From a virus (lineage: Duplodnaviria; Caudoviricetes): DNA of 64,000 nucleotides. The position numbers were made by a program, and so were the translations under genes. Under the pieces are notes generated by a model, which saw nothing but the letters and a program-made list of their open reading frames with translations, searched no databases and had not been told where the DNA came from. The stretch is from IMG/VR virus record IMGVR_UViG_3300048598_000163, positions 14,512-78,511 of that record; one strand, written 5' to 3'. This document shows, piece by piece, positions 27,475 through 35,993 of the stretch (position 1 is its first letter; every line of letters starts with the position of its first letter).

Positions 27475-28911
27475 TTATTTGAGCAGCTGAATCTGTTCAG
27501 CTGACAGCGGGAGCGACTTGTTGAGGCGTTCTTCGATAGCGCCCGCCTGCACAAGGTCCATTTTTCCGGATGCGATAAGCTCCTGGGATTTCTTCAGGAC
27601 TTCGGAACGGGTCATAACGACATCCTTGTCCTTGTCCTTGAAGCGAATCTGGGAATTCACGATGGCCTGACGCGGAGCGGGGGTGTCACCGATGGACTTC
27701 ACCATCTGGGCGGTCGCCAAGATTGCACCGCCCATGCTTTTCTGCAGAGAAACCATGCCGTTGACCTGCCGCTCGATCGCGGCCATTCTGTTGGAAATGC
27801 TCTTGGTGAGAGTGTCGAGGAACGGGGCGACATCGAGGAAATCCCCGGCGTTTTCGCGTACATCGTCATAAAGGGACTTTTCGAGGGTTTTATCCTTCGA
27901 TTTGTCTTTCTTTCCGGCGGGCTCACCCTCGCCGTTTTCGTCTTCCACGCCTTCGCCTTCGTCATTTTCGCCGGCACCGGTTTCGGGGTCTGCGGAAAGA
28001 CTCTGTTCGGGCGGGAAGTCGTTCATTCCTTCGCGGGCGGCTTCTTTGGGTTTCGCCTTAAGTGACTTTTCGAGAGACGCGGTCGTCTCGTCAAAAGCCT
28101 TCAACAGATTTGCGTCCATTGATACTTCCTCCTTCATCTTGTCTTTGTTTGCTATGATATTCCGCAGAATGTTGTCCGCCTCTTCAGGCGAACACCCGCG
28201 GTTTTTCAAGAATTGTTTTATGTCGTCCTCGTCCTTGAAGTCTTTATAGGCCATACCCATCACGACGGCGTATTGATCGGGCTTTCGGTCATGTTCGACA
28301 TCCTGCAGAATCATGGCACGGCCGCCGGTCATAGCCGACGAATCGGTACCAAGGCCGGCCTGCAACGACTTCACGAAGGCGGCACCGGACAGCGCAACCG
28401 GGTCAAGGGTTTGGTTTACCGGCTTGAAGGTAATAGCGATCTCGTCCCAGAGAACGGCCACGACGGCTTCGATCATCTTTCCGAGCTTCTGGCTGTAGGT
28501 TTTTTCCACTTGCGGCATTTTACCGCCAACGGATATATGAAGCGTTTTTGCGCCGGCTTTCAGTTTCTTGATGATTTCCTGGGCTGACTCAACGGTTGAA
28601 TAAAGCTTTCCTTTGACGAAAGTTCGATTTCCTTTGGTTCGCACTTCGAGCGGTTCCCCGATGATGTATTTCTCGGGATTCCAGTGCGGGTCAAGCGGAT
28701 CAGGCTTGAGGTGCTTGTGGTCGTATGACACAACCCCGTTCGCGAGGAAGTAGTCTTTCGATGCAATGAGCGCTTCCTGCAGAACTACCTGGCCATCAAA
28801 GTCAAGATTCTCATTGGACGCTTCTGCCTCGAAGATGACATTCCCGCTTTCATCGGTTTCGATCGATTTTGACAATCGGAGTTCAAGGTATATACGATCC
28901 TGATTTACCAT
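27475..28911 (-). CDS. Prohead protease fused to scaffold
   Basis: FEAEASNENLDFDGQVV, SYDH, FVKGKLY, LHISVGG (Ser), EIAITFKPVN, followed by an acidic/coiled scaffold region. Confidence 0.9.
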   Translation of the reverse strand: MVNQDRIYLELRLSKSIETDESGNVIFEAEASNENLDFDGQVVLQEALIASKDYFLANGVVSYDHKHLKPDPLDPHWNPEKYIIGEPLEVRTKGNRTFVKGKLYSTVESAQEIIKKLKAGAKTLHISVGGKMPQVEKTYSQKLGKMIEAVVAVLWDEIAITFKPVNQTLDPVALSGAAFVKSLQAGLGTDSSAMTGGRAMILQDVEHDRKPDQYAVVMGMAYKDFKDEDDIKQFLKNRGCSPEEADNILRNIIANKDKMKEEVSMDANLLKAFDETTASLEKSLKAKPKEAAREGMNDFPPEQSLSADPETGAGENDEGEGVEDENGEGEPAGKKDKSKDKTLEKSLYDDVRENAGDFLDVAPFLDTLTKSISNRMAAIERQVNGMVSLQKSMGGAILATAQMVKSIGDTPAPRQAIVNSQIRFKDKDKDVVMTRSEVLKKSQELIASGKMDLVQAGAIEERLNKSLPLSAEQIQLLK

Positions 28912-28933
28912 TTCGCCCTCATTCGCGGAAAAT

Positions 28934-28970
28934 AAAAAAAGGCCGCACGCCCCGAAGGGAATGCGGCCTT
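28934..28970 (-). terminator. Intrinsic terminator in the leader of the protease-capsid operon
   Basis: Minus strand GGCCGCA-T-TCCC-TTCG-GGG-CG-TGCGGCC-T7. Confidence 0.75.
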
Positions 28971-29017
28971 ATTCTTCAATAAGCACCACTTAAATGGTTT
29001 GGTATGAATGTTACAGT

Positions 29018-29047
29018 ATTCTACATACGGATTTGGATTCCTGTCAA
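29018..29047 (-). promoter_or_regulatory. Sigma70-like promoter upstream of the protease gene
   Basis: TTGACA (29042-29047) - 18 nt - TAGAAT (29018-29023) on the minus strand. Confidence 0.65.
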
Positions 29048-29268
29048 CCGCCCGCGGCCTTTTTACCGCGTTGCAAGGCCATATACGCGGCTCTCGCGGC
29101 TTCATCGCCGCCCGCGGCCCGCCGCCGAAGGATTTCGATACGCGCTTGCGTACCCGTGAACGCGTGGCGCTTTCCGAAGGCTATTTCCTGATTCTTCTTT
29201 TGCGCTTCGTTCCGGCGAAGATTCACTCGGGCCATAAGGCTATATATTTCATCACGCTTGTCGTTCAT
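29044..29268 (-). CDS. Small basic hypothetical protein
   Basis: 74 aa, R/K/A-rich, AAGGAG RBS, ATGA overlap with the 1661-aa gene. Confidence 0.6.
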   Translation of the reverse strand: MNDKRDEIYSLMARVNLRRNEAQKKNQEIAFGKRHAFTGTQARIEILRRRAAGGDEAARAAYMALQRGKKAAGG

Positions 29269-32200
29269 GCTGCGCTCCTTGCCGGTTCGTTTTCATTTCC
29301 ATTGTTATACCTTTCTTGGCGCGCATTCGCAATATGCGACGCAAGGCCGGTATCGTCAAGAACTCCCGGATCTTCTTCGAAAATGCTGCCAAGGGCTTTC
29401 TTCCGTTGAATACGATCCCATTTCGTTGCCTCGTGCTCTGTATCAGAAACAATGTCGTGATAATCGATTTCCGAATGAGCCTGACCCATACGGTCTATTC
29501 TTCCCTCGCGCTGGGTCTTCACCCATGCTGTTTGCGGAAGATCGAAATTCATGAGGTACCCGGCGTTCTGCAGATTAAGGCCTGTCGCGCCGGCATCCGA
29601 GCACAGAATAACGTCGTATATTCGTTCTGCCGGATTCGGTGGATTGAATCCCACCTTCACTTTTTCTTTGTCCTGCCCGGTCATGGCTCCTTGGATTATT
29701 CCTACGCGCATACCCTTCGCCTCCATGGCCGCTCGAAGATTATCGACGGTCTGGATATTATGCGCAAAGATAACACCGGGCTTCAGGTCACCAACCTTGC
29801 TTGCTGTCTTCTCGTTCGGCGATTCATATCTCTTTGTGTCAATGATATCCATAGTCCGCTTTATTTTCGCGTTGTCGTGCCAATCGAACTGATTTACCAC
29901 TCGATTCAGGGCTTCTTCTTTGATGGTACCAACAGACTCTTGCAGGTTTTTTGCTATTCCTTCGTATTCGTCCTCGGATTTTCCCTTGAATGAATTCGGT
30001 GAAAGATACTGCATTGCTTCGATATCAACCGACCCGGCCCGGGACGCTTTACTGGCACGCCGAAACATTTCCCCTACCTTGTCGTAGGCTTCCTTCTGCC
30101 GCCCTTCAAGTGAAATCATCTCTTTGTGAAAGTTTTTCTTCACGCCGGTAACCGTAGGGCTCGCGTAATTATACCGATTAATGAGCCTCTGAAGAGACCG
30201 ACGGTTGAATTGGGTATCAACGCCGTAACGCTTCATGAACTCATTACGATCCGTGAAGCGATCAGGTGCTACCTTGTGCAGCATATCGAACGCCTCCGAT
30301 GCGTCATTTTTCACCGGGGTTGCCGTCTGGGCCATGTAATATTCGCAATTCTGGTTAAGGGCATCCATGACGTTCGATAGCGTGGTATCAGGCTTGCCTT
30401 CCCGATTTGTTATGTAATGGGCCTCGTCCGTTGTCATCATGTCGAATTTAACGCCTTCTTTGGCAAGCGTGTCTCCAAGCATCTTCTTTCGTTCCGGCTC
30501 CGTAAGGCCGTTGAAATGTTCTTTCATGGCTTCAGCGTCCATACTGTTGTTTTTAGCCATAAGGTAAATCATATCGTCTCGAAGGGACTGATGCGTGAAT
30601 ATACACATATCGTTATTCCCGTCTTTCATTGCCTGGATACGATGATCGCGGTCCAGGGTGGGATCTGACTTGATCTGGTATTTTCCGGGAACGCAGAAAG
30701 TGTTTACTTCATTGCCGAACTGCGAAAGAACTACCGACGGTACCGCGAACACCGCACGTTTTGCCTTCCCTTGCGCCTTGAGGTCCGTGAAGGCCCCAAT
30801 CGATATGATCGTCTTGCCTTTCCCGGTTCCAAAGGTGAGGTTCATGCGCTTTGATGCTTCGAGCATTTTGATAGATCGCTCACGAGTTCCGGCCGCGGTC
30901 ATGGTGTTGACCTTGAATTTCTGCCCACGAAGCTGGTTTCTTGAAAGTTGCGGTATCATACTCGCGAGCTGCCCTTGGGCACGCTTTCCCAAGGAAACTA
31001 TTTCAGTACCGTCATTCTGTTTGAGATCAGCAGGGTCGGAAAACATATCGACCTGTTTTGCCTCCTCGGCCTTTTTCTGCGATTCATATTCCTTAAATTT
31101 GTCTTTCCACGATCCCGAGGAGAATCGTCCATTATTGCGATTTGCCAGGGAGCCGCCGGCCTCCCCCATCTCGCGCTTAAACCGGTCAGTATACGAATCA
31201 CGAACATCCTTATGGAGCATCCCGAGTACATGATCGTCTGCGTTCCTGATTTTTTCGGTTCGTGTTTGCGGCTTCTTTCCGGTAAGTTTCGTGTAGTGCT
31301 TTAGGAATCGCTCGGTATAGTCTCCCTTTATCCGGTCGATTACCGCCTCTTGTGCGTGAGAAACGTCACCGTGCATCCGCACGTACTCGCCCCACGGGCT
31401 TTTTTCTTGTCGAGTCTCGCCGGCTGCATACTGATCAGCTGTATACCCGGCCATGTTCTTCAGGAAATGATCCCGCATTTGCGACTTAAACATCTCGTCA
31501 AGCTTTCCGGGCAATGCCGCTTCGAGCTTTGCAACCTCTTTTTCGGCGTCTTTCGCATCGGTCACGAGCGAAGGGTCTCGGAGGCTGTCGATCTCGTCAA
31601 ACAGTTCCGCCGCACCGTCTACGTTCGCCCTGTATGTTGAATAATCGCCGGGCACAACGCGCGCGAGCTTCGGAATGTCCTTTTCTCCAAACATATCCTC
31701 TGTCGAGTAGTTCTGAATCAGATCAGCTTTGATATTTTCGTACGCGGCGTCCTCTGACCCTCCGTTTTGGCCCTTGACGTATTTCTGCCATGCCGCGGCG
31801 CGAGATATCCCTTTTTCACCAGTTGAGAGTCCCTGGCTGGCCGTGTCTGCCGCCATGCTTCCTGCGTATATGTTCTTTTCCCAATATCGCCGTAGGTCTG
31901 TCTGTTCAGCGGGCGAGAGGTCTCCGATGTCCTTGAATGCGAAGCAACCTTCCGGAAGCTCTCCGAGCGCGCGGTGAGCCGCCTCCTCGGTGCGCTTGAT
32001 CGACAGGGCGTCATCGCCAAGCGATTGGTTATCAATGCCGCCCTCGGGCATTGACGTATCCGGACCCGGATCCTGATAGTCGGGAGCATTCCGGTCAACG
32101 AGCCCGGCCGGCATCCACCCGGGCTCGTCGCGGAGGCCCGCCTTGATCGCGTCGATCTCATTTTCGAGACGGATTTCCTCGGCGTCGACCGGGTGGATCA

Positions 32201-34250
32201 TCTTGTCCATGCCGGTAATCGTGGCAACCTTCTGCCCGTTCCCGAGCACCTGAATATCATAATCGCCCTTGTCCAGCCCGAGCGCGCGCATACGGATTAT
32301 CGCTTCCTCGTTCGATATGTCGCCCATGCTCACCTCGAGGCTTTCCGGGTCTTTCGTCCCTTTCAGCTCGAGCACCATGGCGGCGGAAGATTCAAGGCTT
32401 CCGAGAGTCTGTCCGAGAATCCTATTCGCTTCATCAAGATACCCCAGGCGATCGCTGTTGAGCTCTGCCAGCACGGCAATATCATCAGGTTTAGCCTCAA
32501 TTTCTGCCTTCAGCCCCTCGGCTTTCGCTATCAGGTCCTTTGCGCTATTGATCGCGTCGGAGGCCAAGGTTTCATTCATAGCTTCGTGATATTTCTCCAT
32601 CCCCGCGGCAAAATCGGCATAATCCTCCGGGGATAGGCTCCGTCGGGCGGTCATGGCAAGCAGTTTCGCACTGGCGCCGACGCCCAGGATATCAACCGTA
32701 TCGCGGTCAAGACCCTCATTTTTGAGAGCGGACAGCGCTATCGAGTTGAATCCGGCGTAGTTTCCGTTCGCGATCCACTTCTCTACTCCGCCGGGATTCT
32801 TGTCGATCGCGTCGAGAAGCGAAGAATGGATCGCCGCCTGCCGTTCGGTTTTTACCCGTTCGCCCTCGTCGGCAAGATCCTTGTCGAGCAATTCAGTATA
32901 GTCGAGCTTCACCCCGTTGCCGTAGGTAAGGTCCTCAACCGACGCCTCGGCTTCGTCCGCCGTCCCGTCAAGGTTGATTTGCTTTTCCTTTCCAGAATCA
33001 TCCCCATCAAGCTCGTTCAGTTTCGCCTTGAGTTCGAGATACTTCTTGAGGATTTCAGCCTGCTCGTCTATCTCAGTTATCGGCCTTGTAGGGAGGTCTT
33101 CTTTGGTATAGTTGTCGTTCTTGATCTGGTTTATGAACTTGTTCGACTCAATCCCGCCCTTTATCATGTTCGCAAGCCCGGGGTTGTCCTGGGAGATTTC
33201 CTTTATCCTTTTATCGAAAAGCTCTGCCTTTTCGTTCGCAAGCGTCTCGGGGTCAAGGCTTCCTTTTTTCTCGGCGCTTTCCCTATACCCGGTCACGAAT
33301 CCTTTTCCTTTCGATCCGTTCTCTGTACGGATAAGACCGTCGGCCTGGACCTTTTCGCCTATGGCCGCCTCTACCTGCTCGCGCACATCCCTGTCGGCTA
33401 TCAATCCACGCTGGATTTGCTTGACGGTCTCTTTTGCGGCCGTCAGGACATTTCCGCGCTGACTCTTCAAGGCTCGGTCTCGTGCCTTGATGGTTGCATC
33501 GAGCTCACGCTCAATTATTTTGGTCTCGGCGCCGTCGTCTGTATCTTCAAGCTTCGCGCGTAATTTCTGTATTTCGTCGTCAAAGTCCTCGCCGATGTTC
33601 GCCGGCTCCCAGTGGAATTTGGACGCCATGAAGTCGTTGAATTCGTCGATCGCCTGCGCGCGCTGCGCTTTCTTTTCACTTTCAGCGGCCACGGCCGCTT
33701 GCTTCTGTGCCTTTTGGTCTGCTTTCACCTGGGTGCGCTGCTCTTTCGTCATGGCGGCCATTTCCTGCTGCTTGCGGAGTTTTTCTTCAGCCTGCTTGAC
33801 CTTTTTCTCCTCCCGACGCTGGTCCTGAACCTTCTGGTATTCGTCTTTGCTTTTGATCTTGTTGAGTTTTAGCCCGTTCAGCTTACCTCCCGCGCCGGCG
33901 ATGACGTGTGCCGTTCCTTTATCCCCTCCCTCCTGGATGAGAAGGGGGGTTCCTTCTGCGCTAGGACCATTCGGGTGAACGGTTATCCAACGAGAGCCAG
34001 ACGGCAGCGCTGCGGCCTTCTTTGCCTTCGGCGTGGCGGGCATGTTCGGAGATTCCGATTTCTGCAAGCGAATATACTCGTTCGCCAGGCGCAACGACTT
34101 TTGCATTGCAAGCGTTTCACGGATCGAAAGCTCGGTATACTCTCCCGGCTCGACGTTCAGCACGCCGGTGCTCTTGAGCAATTCCAGGTCTCTGTCGGTG
34201 TAAATATAGCCTTCGATTCTTGAAAACATGGCAAAGCCTCCTTGCGGCAT
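29265..34250 (-). CDS. Large polyvalent protein with C-terminal SNF2-family helicase/ATPase
   Basis: 1661 aa; TFGTGKGKT, TTDEAH, TATP, SDAGATGLNLQ, QREGRIDR; N-terminal RWITVHPNG motif and coiled coil. Confidence 0.88.
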   Translation of the reverse strand: MPQGGFAMFSRIEGYIYTDRDLELLKSTGVLNVEPGEYTELSIRETLAMQKSLRLANEYIRLQKSESPNMPATPKAKKAAALPSGSRWITVHPNGPSAEGTPLLIQEGGDKGTAHVIAGAGGKLNGLKLNKIKSKDEYQKVQDQRREEKKVKQAEEKLRKQQEMAAMTKEQRTQVKADQKAQKQAAVAAESEKKAQRAQAIDEFNDFMASKFHWEPANIGEDFDDEIQKLRAKLEDTDDGAETKIIERELDATIKARDRALKSQRGNVLTAAKETVKQIQRGLIADRDVREQVEAAIGEKVQADGLIRTENGSKGKGFVTGYRESAEKKGSLDPETLANEKAELFDKRIKEISQDNPGLANMIKGGIESNKFINQIKNDNYTKEDLPTRPITEIDEQAEILKKYLELKAKLNELDGDDSGKEKQINLDGTADEAEASVEDLTYGNGVKLDYTELLDKDLADEGERVKTERQAAIHSSLLDAIDKNPGGVEKWIANGNYAGFNSIALSALKNEGLDRDTVDILGVGASAKLLAMTARRSLSPEDYADFAAGMEKYHEAMNETLASDAINSAKDLIAKAEGLKAEIEAKPDDIAVLAELNSDRLGYLDEANRILGQTLGSLESSAAMVLELKGTKDPESLEVSMGDISNEEAIIRMRALGLDKGDYDIQVLGNGQKVATITGMDKMIHPVDAEEIRLENEIDAIKAGLRDEPGWMPAGLVDRNAPDYQDPGPDTSMPEGGIDNQSLGDDALSIKRTEEAAHRALGELPEGCFAFKDIGDLSPAEQTDLRRYWEKNIYAGSMAADTASQGLSTGEKGISRAAAWQKYVKGQNGGSEDAAYENIKADLIQNYSTEDMFGEKDIPKLARVVPGDYSTYRANVDGAAELFDEIDSLRDPSLVTDAKDAEKEVAKLEAALPGKLDEMFKSQMRDHFLKNMAGYTADQYAAGETRQEKSPWGEYVRMHGDVSHAQEAVIDRIKGDYTERFLKHYTKLTGKKPQTRTEKIRNADDHVLGMLHKDVRDSYTDRFKREMGEAGGSLANRNNGRFSSGSWKDKFKEYESQKKAEEAKQVDMFSDPADLKQNDGTEIVSLGKRAQGQLASMIPQLSRNQLRGQKFKVNTMTAAGTRERSIKMLEASKRMNLTFGTGKGKTIISIGAFTDLKAQGKAKRAVFAVPSVVLSQFGNEVNTFCVPGKYQIKSDPTLDRDHRIQAMKDGNNDMCIFTHQSLRDDMIYLMAKNNSMDAEAMKEHFNGLTEPERKKMLGDTLAKEGVKFDMMTTDEAHYITNREGKPDTTLSNVMDALNQNCEYYMAQTATPVKNDASEAFDMLHKVAPDRFTDRNEFMKRYGVDTQFNRRSLQRLINRYNYASPTVTGVKKNFHKEMISLEGRQKEAYDKVGEMFRRASKASRAGSVDIEAMQYLSPNSFKGKSEDEYEGIAKNLQESVGTIKEEALNRVVNQFDWHDNAKIKRTMDIIDTKRYESPNEKTASKVGDLKPGVIFAHNIQTVDNLRAAMEAKGMRVGIIQGAMTGQDKEKVKVGFNPPNPAERIYDVILCSDAGATGLNLQNAGYLMNFDLPQTAWVKTQREGRIDRMGQAHSEIDYHDIVSDTEHEATKWDRIQRKKALGSIFEEDPGVLDDTGLASHIANARQERYNNGNENEPARSAA

Positions 34251-34273
34251 TATTTATTGACTATTATTTGACG

Positions 34274-34825
34274 ATGAGTTATTTTTGGGTTATGGGAAGA
34301 AAAAGCACAGGCGGACACGTAAGATTTCTTGGTGGAAAAACTCAATATCGAATTATCCGTGTTAATGGCAAACAATGTCTTGAGCATCGTGTAGTTATGG
34401 AAGGAATTCTGGGTAGAAAACTTGCTCCTTCTGAAATCGTACATCATAAGGATGGAAACGGGCTTAACAACAGTCCGGATAACCTTGAGCTTTTTGCTTC
34501 GCAGGGAATACACCGAATAGAACATTCTGGTCCGTTTCACTGGAATCTTGACGAGGCTATAAAAATGCGCGGAGAAGGCGCAACGATCAGGGCTGTTGCC
34601 AAACATTTTTGCGTTACCGAATCGGCTATAAACAAGGCGCTGAAACGACGCGGTTATTCTACCAATACTCCCCGAAAACTTAGATTTGATAGAGCCTTTG
34701 CGATAAACGCTTTTCACCAAGATTTGCCGGTATCCCATATAGCGAAGCTTCTTGGCGTAGCAGCACCAAGTATTAAAAAAGCTCTGGAAAAAACGGGAGA
34801 CATTACTCCTAAACATTCGTCTTGA
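34274..34825 (+). CDS. HNH endonuclease with two C-terminal HTH domains (start uncertain: 34274 or 34292)
   Basis: LEHRVVME..EIVHHKDGNGLNNSPDNL; TIRAVAKHFCVTESAINKALK and VSHIAKLLGVAAPSIKKAL. Confidence 0.88.
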   Translation: MSYFWVMGRKSTGGHVRFLGGKTQYRIIRVNGKQCLEHRVVMEGILGRKLAPSEIVHHKDGNGLNNSPDNLELFASQGIHRIEHSGPFHWNLDEAIKMRGEGATIRAVAKHFCVTESAINKALKRRGYSTNTPRKLRFDRAFAINAFHQDLPVSHIAKLLGVAAPSIKKALEKTGDITPKHSS

Positions 34826-35993
34826 TCCCCACAACAAGCCTTTTCCCGTAATTTTTCTTCTGGAAGGCGGTCTGTTTGAACTTGTCTATATCCGTTTCGT
34901 TCATTGACCCGAAGAATCCTTTCTTATCGTACTGTTTCAAATAAAGCTCCTTTGCCTCTTCGGGTGAGTTAAATCCTAACATTACCTTCTGTTCATCGAA
35001 TGTCCCCGTGGCAGGGTCATTTTGATTGATGATAAACACCCGTGTTGAGCTCTTGTCCGGTCCAATATACACATCAACATGATCACCATCTACGCCGACA
35101 GAGTTTCTAACATACCCATAATCGGCGTGCATATTGGTCGCCCATTTATGGCCGTCCTTGTCGACTCCCCGCCTGGTGCTGCCCTTCTTGTTTTCTATCG
35201 AGACTTGCATACCCTGGAATTTCATCCGCCCCTGCAGCTTCCAGCCGGAAAAAGTAAGCGACTTCGATATAACCGGAGTTTTCGGGTCGAACGCCCCGTT
35301 GTTTCCTGTTGCCGATTTGATCTGCTGTGGTTCAAAAGCGATGTATTCTTTTATATTTGTGCCTTCATAGCTTACTAATCCATCAAATCCTTGATCTTTA
35401 TTCATTATCATTTTTGTTTCTGATAAGAAAAATGAATCTTCTATCGTTACCTTCTTGGGTTTTCTGATATTTATGAATACGCTAACCACATGAGGTGTCC
35501 CTGTTCGACCATAAGCTACATGTTTCGGAGCTTTTGCATATTTCAGTGCTTCTTTTCTATTTGTTGTAAAGTAAAAACCAGAATATCCATTCTTTCCCTG
35601 ATTACTGAACTTGTCAAATTCTACCGGCGTCCCGTGAAACACCATCATAGGTTCCCCGTTTTCATCGACTACTTTTGATGCGTTTTCCGGATCGTTTTCC
35701 CAGTCGCCAAACCACTCCTTAAATGCCCGGGTGCGGCATTGATGCCATTGAGCCGGGGAAAGATTCGACGGCTTGCCATTGGGCGCAAGGAGGACCCCCT
35801 GGGGCAGCGCTATGCCGAGTTTTCCTTGTCGGCTGTCGTCGCCGGCCGGCCCCGCCGCTTGCGCGCGGTTCGCCCCGGGCCGTACCCATACCGCCATATT
35901 GAACGATTGGCCGTTGCGGGTTACATGACGCGTTTCCCGGACGAGTCCGGCCGACCGCTGCGCCTTTTCGAGCTGGATTATCATGTTCACCAT
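34809..35993 (-). CDS. Tagged protein: ADP-ribosyltransferase-like (ART-PolyVal type) + inorganic pyrophosphatase-like domain
   Basis: VVDENGEPMMVFHGT, GFYFT, EYIAFEPQQIKSATGNNG; SIENKKGS.R.G, DYGY..SVGVDGDHVDVY, FDEQKVMLGF. Confidence 0.85.
   Translation of the reverse strand: MVNMIIQLEKAQRSAGLVRETRHVTRNGQSFNMAVWVRPGANRAQAAGPAGDDSRQGKLGIALPQGVLLAPNGKPSNLSPAQWHQCRTRAFKEWFGDWENDPENASKVVDENGEPMMVFHGTPVEFDKFSNQGKNGYSGFYFTTNRKEALKYAKAPKHVAYGRTGTPHVVSVFINIRKPKKVTIEDSFFLSETKMIMNKDQGFDGLVSYEGTNIKEYIAFEPQQIKSATGNNGAFDPKTPVISKSLTFSGWKLQGRMKFQGMQVSIENKKGSTRRGVDKDGHKWATNMHADYGYVRNSVGVDGDHVDVYIGPDKSSTRVFIINQNDPATGTFDEQKVMLGFNSPEEAKELYLKQYDKKGFFGSMNETDIDKFKQTAFQKKNYGKRLVVGIKTNV

Noticed and set aside
34250-34837. 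Minus-strand 195-aa ORF
   Set aside because: Antisense to the clear HNH+HTH gene and without motifs.
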